62,494 nucleotides of DNA from a virus. Lineage: Duplodnaviria > Caudoviricetes. The notes below the pieces were generated by a model. The model made no database searches. It saw only the letters and a list, made by a program, of their open reading frames with translations, and had not been told where the DNA came from. The stretch spans positions 1 to 62,494 of the IMG/VR virus record IMGVR_UViG_3300046786_000191; one strand, given 5' to 3'. The translations under genes and the position numbers were made by a program. Shown piece after piece: positions 25,686 to 35,900 of this stretch. Numbering within the stretch: the stretch's first letter is position 1; each line of letters begins with the position of its first letter.

Positions 25686-26579
25686 ATGAGCAACATTACA
25701 ACATTCCGCGCTGACCTTCCCGCCCACCTGCAAAACGTAGAGCTGGACGACTTCACCAAATCCTTCACCTCCTCTGGCGGTAGCGTCAAGCGCATCACAC
25801 TGCGCGGGCGTGTCTTCCGTCTCGTGGATGGTGGCAAGGAGATCGCCAAGAACACTGACCCACACATGGATGTGGTGATTGTCAATGGCTCCAAAACTGT
25901 ACAGAAATCTTACTATGGACAAGAATACAACCCTGACGAGACCTCAGTGCCAGACTGCTGGTCAAGCAACGGCGAGCGACCCGACGCTGACGTTGAAAAC
26001 CCACAAGGACACAACTGCAAAGAGTGCCCTAAAGCTATTAAAGGTTCTGGCGGTTCTGGTCGTGCAGCTTGCCGCTTTTCTATGCGCTTGGCTGTGGTCC
26101 TTCGTAACAACCCCGCCGGTGACATTTATCAACTGATCCTGCCTCAGAAGTCTATCTTCGGTCAGGGCAACGTTGAGAGCATGCCCTTCCTGCAGTACGC
26201 CAAGTACGTCGGTCAATCAGGCTACAACCTGAACATGTTGACTACACGTCTGACCTTTGACACTGACAGTGACTTCCCCAAGCTGGTGTTCACAAACGCT
26301 GAGTTCTTGGATAAGGAAACATACGCAACTTGCGTAGAGCAGGGCCAGTCACAGATCGCCATCAATGCAGGCAGGCTCAACTTTACGAAAAAGGCTGAGC
26401 CCCAACTGCCCAAGTTGGTTGCCCCTGCTGGTTCTGCCGCCGCCGCTTTAGCCGCGCCTGCTAAAGAAGAAGCGGTCTCTGAGCCAACCGTGCGTGCTGA
26501 GAAGAAGAAAGAATCTACCCCGCCCAAGCCCAAGCAAAATCTTGCCGCCATGGTGGATGAGTGGGGAGACGACGAGTGA
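25686..26579 (+). CDS. Putative single-stranded DNA-binding protein
   Basis: Four-Cys motif (PDCWS..CKECP..ACR), A/P-rich linker, acidic-aromatic tail VDEWGDDE. Confidence 0.6.
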   Translation: MSNITTFRADLPAHLQNVELDDFTKSFTSSGGSVKRITLRGRVFRLVDGGKEIAKNTDPHMDVVIVNGSKTVQKSYYGQEYNPDETSVPDCWSSNGERPDADVENPQGHNCKECPKAIKGSGGSGRAACRFSMRLAVVLRNNPAGDIYQLILPQKSIFGQGNVESMPFLQYAKYVGQSGYNLNMLTTRLTFDTDSDFPKLVFTNAEFLDKETYATCVEQGQSQIAINAGRLNFTKKAEPQLPKLVAPAGSAAAALAAPAKEEAVSEPTVRAEKKKESTPPKPKQNLAAMVDEWGDDE

Positions 26580-26797
26580 TCGGTTACACGTACCGCATTC
26601 GTAAACTCAACCGTAGCGCCGATAAGAAGAACATTGGCGTTCGGTTGGGCAGGCACTGCATTGACGAGAACATCTCTGTCACTGAGCTTGTAGAACTGCT
26701 GGGTGTAAGCAAGCAGACCATCTACAACTGGTTCATGGGAGTGCATACCCCGGGACCAAAACAATCTTCAAAGATTCGAGAGCTCTTCGCTCTATAA
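26576..26797 (+). CDS. Cro/C1-type HTH protein
   Basis: ISVTELVELLGVSKQTIYNWFMG. Confidence 0.75.
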   Translation: MIGYTYRIRKLNRSADKKNIGVRLGRHCIDENISVTELVELLGVSKQTIYNWFMGVHTPGPKQSSKIRELFAL

Positions 26798-26803
26798 CGG
26801 TTC

Positions 26804-26858
26804 GGGGGTAACTAGCTCGACGGAGCGAACGGGGTATCCGTCAGCCCCCGTTACCCCC
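26804..26858 (+). ncRNA. Candidate structured leader RNA (three-way junction, kissing loops) before the primase
   Basis: P1 GGGGGTAAC/GTTACCCCC, P2 GCTC-GACG-GAGC, P3 GGGG/CCCC with a loop containing CGTC complementary to the P2 loop. Confidence 0.5.
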
Positions 26859-26885
26859 ATTTTTATTGACGTGTTTGGAAATATC

Positions 26886-29717
26886 ATGGCGGATATTCAA
26901 CTGCTACGGCGGGTAGTAGCCCCTAACGACGGCTGGTACTGCATATTCTCTCTGCTGAATGGCAAGGGGCCGCGACAAGATCACTACAAGACTCTCGAAG
27001 AAATACAGCAAGAAGCTGAGAGTCTGGTTGCTGAAGGGCGTGATGTCTACTTCAGCTTGGGCAAGTTTGTAACTAATGAAAACCGCGAAGCTGAGAACTG
27101 CGGTTGGATGCAGGCTTTCTTCTTGGACATTGACTGTGGCATCGACAAGGCTACACCGGATAAGTATGGGCGCATCAAGGGCTATGTAGATCAGGCTACT
27201 GGTATGCAAGCACTCAAGGACTTGTGCAAGGCTATGAGCCTGCCACGTCCAACGATTGTAAACTCGGGCCGTGGTTGGCACGTGTACTGGCCGCTGACTG
27301 AGGCGGTCGAGAAAGACAAGTGGTTGCCTGTTGCCGAAGCATTCAAGGCGCAGTGCGCGAAGCACAAGTTCATTGGCGATCCTGCTGTGCCAGCGGATGC
27401 CGCACGTGTGTTGCGTATCCCCGACACCACTAACTTCAAAGATGGGTCAACCGTCACGCTGATGAACGAGACCGATCCTATCTCGTTCGAAGACTTTGCC
27501 AAGTTGATGGGGCCGATTGCACCGCCCAAGCCAATCCATAAGCCAGCACAGTTAGATGAGTTAACACGCGCACTGATGGGCAACCGCCAGTCTCGCTTCA
27601 AGACTATCTTCGACAAGACCCTAGAGGGCAACGGTTGCGAGCAGTTGCGCAACATTATGGAGAACCAAAACGACATCGAGGAACCTCTATGGCGGGCGGG
27701 GCTGTCCATCGCCAAGTTCTGTGTGGACGGCGGCAAGGCTATACACATCATCTCCAAGCAGCACCACAAGTACGACCCACAAAGAACCGAAGCCAAAGCT
27801 GATACGGTCAAGGGACCCTACACTTGCGAGACATTTGATTCTATAGCCCCGAATATCTGTAGCAACTGCCAGTACAAGGGTAAGTTCAAATCCCCTATTG
27901 TCTTGGGTCACGAGATTGCCAAGGCCGCTGAGGGCACAGTGATTGAGTACGTTGTGCAGGAGGACGAAGAAGCCGCGCCAGTGCCAGCGTTCATTGTCCC
28001 CAAGCTACCTAATCGCTACTTCCGTGGCAAGACGGGCGGCATCTACAAGTACCTCAAGGAGGACGAAGATGGCGATGCAAGCGTAGCCCTCGTCTACGAG
28101 TACGACCTGTTTGTCACCAAGCGTTTGTTCGACCCGGGTCAGGGTGAGACAGTGCTGATTAGGTTGTCCTTGCCACGTGATGGCATTAAAGAATTCTCAC
28201 TGACGCTGGTCGATGCGCTGAGCAAAGACGAGCTTCGCAAGGCGCTGTCGTTCCACGGCGTGATTGCCCTGCAACCACAGATGCTCTTGATTCTTGACTA
28301 TTTGGTGCAATGTGCAAAAGAACTACAAATAACACAAGAGGTTGAAATGATGAGACAACAACTAGGCTGGGCTGACGACGACCGGAAGTTTATTCTGGGC
28401 GACCGTGAGATTGGCGCGGACTACATCCGCTACAGCCCGCCATCCAAGGCTACTCGTGATGTGGCGCATGCGCTTCGTCCCATGGGCTCGTTTGAAGAGT
28501 GGAAAGAGATCATCAACGTTTACGACATGCCCGGCTTCGAGCCGCATGCGTTTGCTGTATTCACTGCATTTGGCGCACCGTTGATTAAGTTCATGGGCAT
28601 CAAGGGCGGCATCATCAACCTGATTAACAACCGCTCTGGCACAGGTAAGTCCACCATCCTACAGGTCATGAACAGTGTATGGGGCCACCCCGATGAGCTG
28701 ATGATTCAGTGGCGTGACACACTTAACGTCAAGCTGCACCGCATGGCTGTAATGTGCAACCTGCCCTTGGGCGTGGATGAGATCACAAAGATGAGCGGCG
28801 ATGACTTCTCAGACTTAGCGTACAGCGTTACGCAGGGCGCACCCCGCCGCAGGATGAAGTCCTCCACTAATGAGGAGCGCGAGTCCCAAGGCTACTGGGC
28901 GACCATGATGGTGGCTACATCCAACGCCAGTATGACTGACAAGCTCGAGTCCTTGAAGTCCACTGCCGAGGGCGAGCTTATGCGTTTGATGCAGTACCGC
29001 ATCGACCCAACCAACAACTTGGATAAGGCAACTGCCAAACACATCTTCGGCAGACTGCACAGTAACTACGGTCATGCGGGTGGCCCATACGCTCAGTTCT
29101 TGGTGCAGAACTTGGAGGAGATTATTGATGCAACCCTCAAGCTACAGATCAAGCTTGACAAGGCAGTGAACATTGAGACACGTGAGCGCTTTTGGTCCGG
29201 CATGGCTGCGGCTAACCTTGCGGGCGGTATGTTTGCCCACAAGCTGGGCCTGCACGATATTAACTACAAACGTGTGTTCGACTGGTCGGTCGAGGAGATC
29301 AAGTCCATGCAGGGCTCCGTGCGTTTGAACTTCAATGACTATGCTACTGTGGTCGGTGAGTTCTTACTCAAACACAACATGAACATCCTCGTGGTCAACA
29401 AGTACAGCACGTCCAAGGCGGGCATAGCTGCCGCGCCTCTGCTGACACCACGTGGTGCGCTGATCGTACGCTATGAGCCAGATACCAAGAAGATATTCAT
29501 TGTCCGTCAGGCGCTCAAAGACTACTGCGCATCCAAGCAGATCACCTTTACAGACCTGTTGGCTGGGTTAAACAGCACTGGGGCGTTCATTGCAGAGGTC
29601 CGCACCCGTCTGGACATCGGCACAGAGATCACTGCGCCCCCTGTTGTAGCCTTGGAGTTTGATGCTGACCTGCTGGGTGTCGAGCCAGACACAGGCATTA
29701 CGGGCGATGCGGATTGA
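26886..29717 (+). CDS. Primase-helicase (AEP-like primase, DUF927-like domain, P-loop ATPase)
   Basis: FFLDID, SGRGWHVYW, DAARVLRIP.T.N, Cys cluster, SGTGKST, VDEIT. Confidence 0.85.
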   Translation: MADIQLLRRVVAPNDGWYCIFSLLNGKGPRQDHYKTLEEIQQEAESLVAEGRDVYFSLGKFVTNENREAENCGWMQAFFLDIDCGIDKATPDKYGRIKGYVDQATGMQALKDLCKAMSLPRPTIVNSGRGWHVYWPLTEAVEKDKWLPVAEAFKAQCAKHKFIGDPAVPADAARVLRIPDTTNFKDGSTVTLMNETDPISFEDFAKLMGPIAPPKPIHKPAQLDELTRALMGNRQSRFKTIFDKTLEGNGCEQLRNIMENQNDIEEPLWRAGLSIAKFCVDGGKAIHIISKQHHKYDPQRTEAKADTVKGPYTCETFDSIAPNICSNCQYKGKFKSPIVLGHEIAKAAEGTVIEYVVQEDEEAAPVPAFIVPKLPNRYFRGKTGGIYKYLKEDEDGDASVALVYEYDLFVTKRLFDPGQGETVLIRLSLPRDGIKEFSLTLVDALSKDELRKALSFHGVIALQPQMLLILDYLVQCAKELQITQEVEMMRQQLGWADDDRKFILGDREIGADYIRYSPPSKATRDVAHALRPMGSFEEWKEIINVYDMPGFEPHAFAVFTAFGAPLIKFMGIKGGIINLINNRSGTGKSTILQVMNSVWGHPDELMIQWRDTLNVKLHRMAVMCNLPLGVDEITKMSGDDFSDLAYSVTQGAPRRRMKSSTNEERESQGYWATMMVATSNASMTDKLESLKSTAEGELMRLMQYRIDPTNNLDKATAKHIFGRLHSNYGHAGGPYAQFLVQNLEEIIDATLKLQIKLDKAVNIETRERFWSGMAAANLAGGMFAHKLGLHDINYKRVFDWSVEEIKSMQGSVRLNFNDYATVVGEFLLKHNMNILVVNKYSTSKAGIAAAPLLTPRGALIVRYEPDTKKIFIVRQALKDYCASKQITFTDLLAGLNSTGAFIAEVRTRLDIGTEITAPPVVALEFDADLLGVEPDTGITGDAD

Positions 29718-29913
29718 GGGGATTAATTACGAGCTGGACTGGCAGGAGTTCACTGTTGGCAGCTCGTTCTTTGTACCGTGCTTGGACGACGCCAAGGCTC
29801 GGGAACGCATAGAAAGCAAGATGAGCCGCCTTGGTTACGCAGTAATCGTTAAGCTAGTAATAGAAGACGGCATCAGGGGTTTGCGTGTTTGGCGAACTAG
29901 ACGTACAATTTGA
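29707..29913 (+). CDS. Hypothetical protein (68 aa)
   Basis: MRIEGINYELDWQEFTVGSSFFVPCL...GLRVWR, overlapping the primase end. Confidence 0.65.
   Translation: MRIEGINYELDWQEFTVGSSFFVPCLDDAKARERIESKMSRLGYAVIVKLVIEDGIRGLRVWRTRRTI
29881..29909 (+). promoter_or_regulatory. sigma70 promoter for the candidate sRNA
   Basis: TTGCGT-17 nt-TACAAT with no credible downstream plus-strand gene. Confidence 0.65.
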
Positions 29914-29915
29914 GT

Positions 29916-29978
29916 GCAACTAGCAGTTGCTTCTCTCCTTGATATATTAGCCCCGCCTAAACAGCGGGGCTCTTTTTT
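29916..29978 (+). ncRNA. Candidate small RNA with an anti-RBS core
   Basis: 5' hairpin GCAACT-AGC-AGTTGC at the predicted +1, unpaired TTCTCTCCTTGATATATT, terminator hairpin. Confidence 0.55.
29949..29978 (+). terminator. Terminator at the convergence of both genome arms
   Basis: AGCCCCGC-CTAAACA-GCGGGGCT followed by CTTTTTT. Confidence 0.85.
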
Positions 29979-32900
29979 CAGTGGAACTGATCGAAGTAGT
30001 TGGCCTTCTTCTCAGCGGGCTTGGACTCTTTCTTCAGTTTGTCCACATAGTCTTGCGTCACGATATGGCGTAGCTTGTCGTCAATGTACAGACCTTGGTC
30101 AGTTTTTGCAGACTTCTGCATCTTCTTCTCAATTGAGCTCACGAGACCATCAACGTCAATTGCATCAGTTGGGTGGCGCTCATTGAAGTCTACGATTTGC
30201 TTCAGAGCTTTATCTACACCATCAGCATCACCAGTCATGAAGTACAGACCAAACAGGTTCAATGCTTCAGTGCGTTTCTTAGTAATGCCTTCAGCCTGAC
30301 CCTTCTTCGTGATGTTGAAGTACTGACGCTCGGCAAGTTCTGATGTACGGAAACCAAGTGACTGCATGGCCAACTCAAATGGGCTGAACTCGTCCACAAT
30401 CTTGTCGCCCGCTAAGTTCGTCGCGCCCTCTTTGCTGTAGCGGAAGGCTACCAGCGGCTGACGAACAAACGCTGGCATGATGGCTTCAAGTGCACGATCA
30501 CCATGGCCGGTCTTAAACAGGTTATATGCCCGTGCACCCTGTTGCGCCATTCCAACAAATGGACCAAGAACTTTAGTAATGGCGTCATTAAGAGCAGTCT
30601 CAGCATCTACGTTCTGACGCATGTCTGGAATCCACATGCCATCAAGTTTGAGCTTGCTGGCAAAGTCGTAGCCCAGTGCGTTAAACGCGCCACGGCCAAG
30701 CAGCATGCCTGCTTCTTTACCTAGCGTGTTGACTGCCCAGTTCATGAACTCAAGCTCAAAGTCCAAGCGATCTTCATCATCCGGGGCCATACCAAAATTA
30801 AATACAGCCTCAATGATGGCCGCTACGGTTGAGAAACCCCAGAGACCAGTTACCCCCGACATGATCCCCGCCATGCCCATGGTTCCAATAAAACGCGCAC
30901 GCGCTTCGCGTCGGTCGGCTTCGGTCAAACCTTTGAACGAGTTGTACGCGTTGCGTGCCAAGAAAAACGTCATCTGCTGCGGGAACTGCTTGAACTGCAA
31001 AACCACGCGAGCAACTGGGTGCTGCATGTAGCGGGGCTTATTTGGTGCAGAGTAATCAAACATAGACCGGTTGGTCACGTCCTTGGCTTCTGCAATAGCT
31101 TCAGCAAACGCTTGCTGTTGGTTTGCGTAGCCAGCACGTTTCTCCATAGCTGCGCGGAACGCAGACATGGCCGTCACCTCACGGTTCAAACGCTCAGCAT
31201 GGTGGAACAAGAACGAGATCACCTGCATCGACTTATTGGGGATGCCAGAGTAATCTTCTGTTGGCTTAGAAGCCAGACCAGATTGGTCGTATGCAGCGGT
31301 AATGTCAATCAAGCCGTCAGCTACGAAACGTTTGTACGCAGCCATCTCTGCACCCGTAAGATTTTTAGAGCGCTCCAGAGACGGAGTCAACAAGCGGAAA
31401 TCACGAATACGACCGCCGGTCTCAACACCAAAACCCGTAAGGCCAATGTCTGCAACCGTTTTAGATATTTGTGCCATAACGTTGGCAACTGCACGGGTGT
31501 AACCCATCTTAGGGTTTGCCCTAACTTGCTGGCCCACCAGTGTAGGCACGCCAATCATGATGCCGCCCAAGACGTTGGTTACGGCAGATGCCACAGACGT
31601 CAGGTAATAGATGAAGCCAATGTTAGAGAAGTAGCTAACCCATGCGCCATCATCAGGTGGGTTCAGCATCGCATTCAGACGAAGCTCAGTCTCTTTAATA
31701 AAGTCACGCAGTTCGTCATTCTCAGCAGCCAGCACTGGATCGTAGTTTGCGCCAGCAGGTGTACGGCGTTTAACTTGTGACCGGGCTGCATCCATCTGAG
31801 AGAACATCTCGGGTGAATACTCAAAGCGAGCCAGCTGATACGCCATATTGAATGACGTACTAGCAAAGTTACGCAAGGCGTCTTGTGAGAAACCTTCCAC
31901 GCTGTTACGGTGGATGAACTGATTGCGCATACTGCGGTCAGGTTGGTTCTGCAAGAACGTTTGGTAGAAGCTGTCTTTCAACTCATGCTTACGATCGTTG
32001 GCTTCTTTAGTCGATAACCCCGCAAAGTCAGCGTTGTCCACGGCAGCAAACACTTCTTTCAAGAAGGCTGACTGCTGTGCGTGCAAGTCCATCTGCTTGG
32101 CGTAGTCGTTACCAATGTTGTCGCCAATAGTTTGAGACAAGTATGGGTCACGTTTTAAACGCTCTTCCACGTGAGCATCCCGTGCACCTTGAGACTCAAA
32201 CATGTAGTACTCACGGCTCGCGCCTCGACCAATCTGATACCAGAAGCGGCCATGACGCATCAGCGGGAAGTACGGGCCTTTGAGTGCGCCCTTCTCAAAC
32301 TCGTTACGAATCTCAAGGATCGTCGCTTCAGACACGCCAAGCTGACGCATCTGAATGATGCGGCGGTTCATCAAGCGCTTGTAGTTAGCGTAACGACGTT
32401 GGAAGAAGTTACGCACTTCACGGTAAATAGCTTTGGCCTCTGGGTCTAGAGCGTTCCAATCCAGCATCAACTGCACGTTGGCGTTGCGCTGGGCTGTATT
32501 AGCTTTATCAGGGTCCACCTCTGCAATAGTCGCTGAGTGCATAACCGCACCCAACTGGCGAGACATGTCAGGGTCTTTGGATTGCAGTAGTTCCCAACGG
32601 CGGGAAATCTTGGCAGACTCCTCAAGGATGTTGCTCTTGCGGGCAAGGAAGTCCTCGGTCACTTTAATGAAGTTGCTAATCTGCGGGATGCGACCAGCAA
32701 CCAAGTCATCAATCTGGCGCAGTGTCAACACACCCAAGAAGGCGGGACGCAGCGCGGAGTCAATGTTTCTAAACTCACGTTTAACTTGATTCCAATTGCG
32801 CACCTGCATCCAGCGACGCAAGGTTGACGGCTGGTTCGGCATACCCTTGGGCATGATCTTGGGTTTTCTTTTCCCAGTAGCCATGGCCTTGGGGCCAGTG

Positions 32901-35900
32901 GTTACCGTCATACCCTCAATGGACATCGTGCCAGCCATCATCGCATCAGCAGCAAGCATGGCCTCTGCCATGACGTTGCTTTCGTAGCCCTTCTTAACAT
33001 TAAAGAGCCTGCGAATAGCATCAGTGAAGCGGTTCTGCAATGAGTAAGGCGCTGCCTTGTAGCGATACGCACGCAGCTTGGCTTGGAAGACTGGATTAGT
33101 CAGAGCTTCAGACACAAATTCGTGCAAGTCTTTAAGGCCGTAGATAGCACCGATGTCAGCGCCATCTTGTTGCAGTTGTGTCTTGGCGTACTCATACAGC
33201 TCGACCAGACGATCGTAGCCTTGGCGTTGGAAGCCACTAAGTCGCTCTGGGTTGTCAAGCAAGTGTGAAGCCGCAGCGTGAATAGTCTCGTGCAGCAGCA
33301 AGTGGTTAGTTAGTTTGCCAACACCACGGCGCATGACAATAGTGTCAGTCGCTGGGTCATACTTGCCGCTCCATGCGTACTGCGTGTTGACCAGATCAAT
33401 CAGACTCTGAAGCACCTGCTTGTTGGATTCAGATGCATTCACCTGATCCATGGATGATTCAATCTGCGCCAGCGCAGACAGAATAGTGCGAAGCTTGCCA
33501 GAACGAAGGTCAGCAATCAGTGTGCCCTGCTGGTCCGTTGGGTAGATGGCGGTAATAACATCGCGCAGAGCGTCAATACGCTCTTGCAAAGACTTGGCTA
33601 TGTTGGGGTCGTTAGACAGCGACTCCATCGTGTCGGCATCAACCAGTCGAGTCTGAGCCGTAAAGTTTGTGTCGAGCAGACGTTGAGCCAACTCCGCATA
33701 GTACGGGTTGCCTTTCATTTGAGCCATCAACTCTAACGCGCCACGTGCATCGCCAGCCTCCAGCATGCGTACCATGTCTGGGTGCAGCTCAGTAAGCATC
33801 TGAACTGTAGGCAGGTTCTTAGTCGACACTTCCACATCGGGGGTGGCTTCACCTTCCTCCGTTGCGGTTTCAGTCACGCGTTCAGAGATGCGTTTGAGCT
33901 TACGCTCAACTTTCTTCTGCTCAATCGTGGCCCGTTCTTTGGCCTCTTTTGCGAGCCGCTCTTCATATCTCTTAAGCGACTCGTGATAGTCTGTTATTGC
34001 TTTACTGTAAGCAACGTTGGCTTCGTGAGTACGCTTGTGCTCTTCGACCATCTCGTCAAGCACAGCCAGAGTACCGGGGGACAGATTCTCTTTAATCCAC
34101 TCACGGAAGTTCTTGGCGTAGCGCCCGCCTTCGCCAAAGTAACCGTAGTTGGCATTGAAGTATTTAGGGTCGAGCTCGTAGTACGCTAAGTCATACGCCA
34201 GTGCAGACAAGGCCTGACCGAAAGTATCGCGGTTCAGGTTGTTCAAATAAGTCATGGCCGCAGACATTTGCGGTGACATCTTCACGCCAGCAGCAAACGC
34301 TTGTTTGATAGCCAGCACTGCGCCACGCAGCTTACTGTCGGCAATCACGTGCTCGTTCTCTGTTACACCTTGGCTGGGTCGACGTGGCTTGCCTTCGGCT
34401 GTCTTACCAAACTTCTGCGTAACCGCAGTGCCAGTAGTAACACGCTCTGCGTAGACGCCAGACTTGGGCATCCCCACACCAACACCCTTGCCGGACAGTT
34501 GACTAATATACTCACGCACCTCGTCACTGAACTGCTCAACGCCACGGCGGGTCGTGAGATCAGGGAGACCAGCTTTAGTGTACAGACGGCCCTTCTCTTC
34601 AGGTGACGCACGGCGCAGCGAGTCCATCAAAGCACGGAACGAGTCCAATCCGCCAACACGTGCGGTCAAGTACTTGAGCATGGTCCTAGCGCCAAGGCTT
34701 GTGCCTTCACCGGGTGCAGCAATGTCGTACTGCAGCATGGCTTTAGCGGCAACGTTCTTGGAACTGTTGTGGCGTTCTTGTTCTGTTGGTGTTTCTGCAA
34801 CAGGCTCGATTAGGTCAAAGAAGTCCTTGACCTCTTCGCCTTCAGATGTCTGAGCTACGTGCTCAGTGCTGATGTCAGGGGCCTTAATTGGCTCGCCCTT
34901 CTGGTCGTACTGTACAGGTTCTGGCGCGGCGGGCGTTTCTTCTTCGCCTTCAACTTCCGCACCAAACATGTCGCGTTCAGATTTGGTTTTACGTTGAGTC
35001 TTGCCTTCAAGGGCAGCCATCAATTTATAGACATCGCCTTCGTCTTGATTGCCGAACAGGTCACCCTGCATGGCTTTAGGCTGGCGTTGTAACTGTGCAA
35101 CAGCCTGATCTATCTGCTCTGACAATCTGTTGACGTGCTGCTCAGCCAACTGTTGACGGGATTTGATAGCCTCACCCGCAGTCATGCCTTCACCAGCTTG
35201 TGTGATGGCCCAGTTCTCGTCGTAACCACCAGCCTCCAGCTTGGCTATGTAGCGTTGCTTTGTAGCTTGCAGGTTGGCAATGGCCTTGTTGACATCACCG
35301 CCCGCCATAGCCATGGCATCGCGGGCCATCTGTGCCACCCGCTTTACCGTACCAAACATGTCGCTCTGCATGCCCCGAGCTTCACCAGCACCTTGAGATG
35401 CAAGCGCATCAAGCACGGGCGTGCCGTTGAACATGGGGTTCTTTAACTGCTGAATCAGGTTCCTGTCTTTGATGATGTCAGTGTTGGCATCTACGACATC
35501 ACTTAAGTCCTGCGACACGATCTTCATCCTGCGCAAGTCAGCATCCGTTGGGCGTTGGATGCTAATTAAATCAGCAAGCTCAGTACGCAACTCATCGTAC
35601 TGGCGGCGGAACTCGTCTAATGTACTCGGCTGCTGTCTTTCTCCTCCAGCAGCTGTGTCAGCATCCTGTCGAGTAGAAACCATTCCATCTGGTTCAGGTC
35701 CAGCAATTCCTCCGGCGGGGCCTCCTGCACCGGGCTCGCCAGCCAAGCCAGCGCTTTCTCCACCTGCTGGGGGGATAACTTGTCCAACATCTTCTTCCTC
35801 CGTGAGTCGATCTAAAACTGATTTGCCAGTTTTCTTTTCATCGCCTCGCAGATATTTGTCCGCGATGCCTTCTTTCAAGCCACGGTATCCGCCGGGACCT

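Noticed and set aside
29914-30186. 90-aa plus-strand ORF after the 29881 promoter
   Set aside because: No RBS, it crosses a strong terminator and runs antisense to the large virion gene; the sRNA reading fits better.
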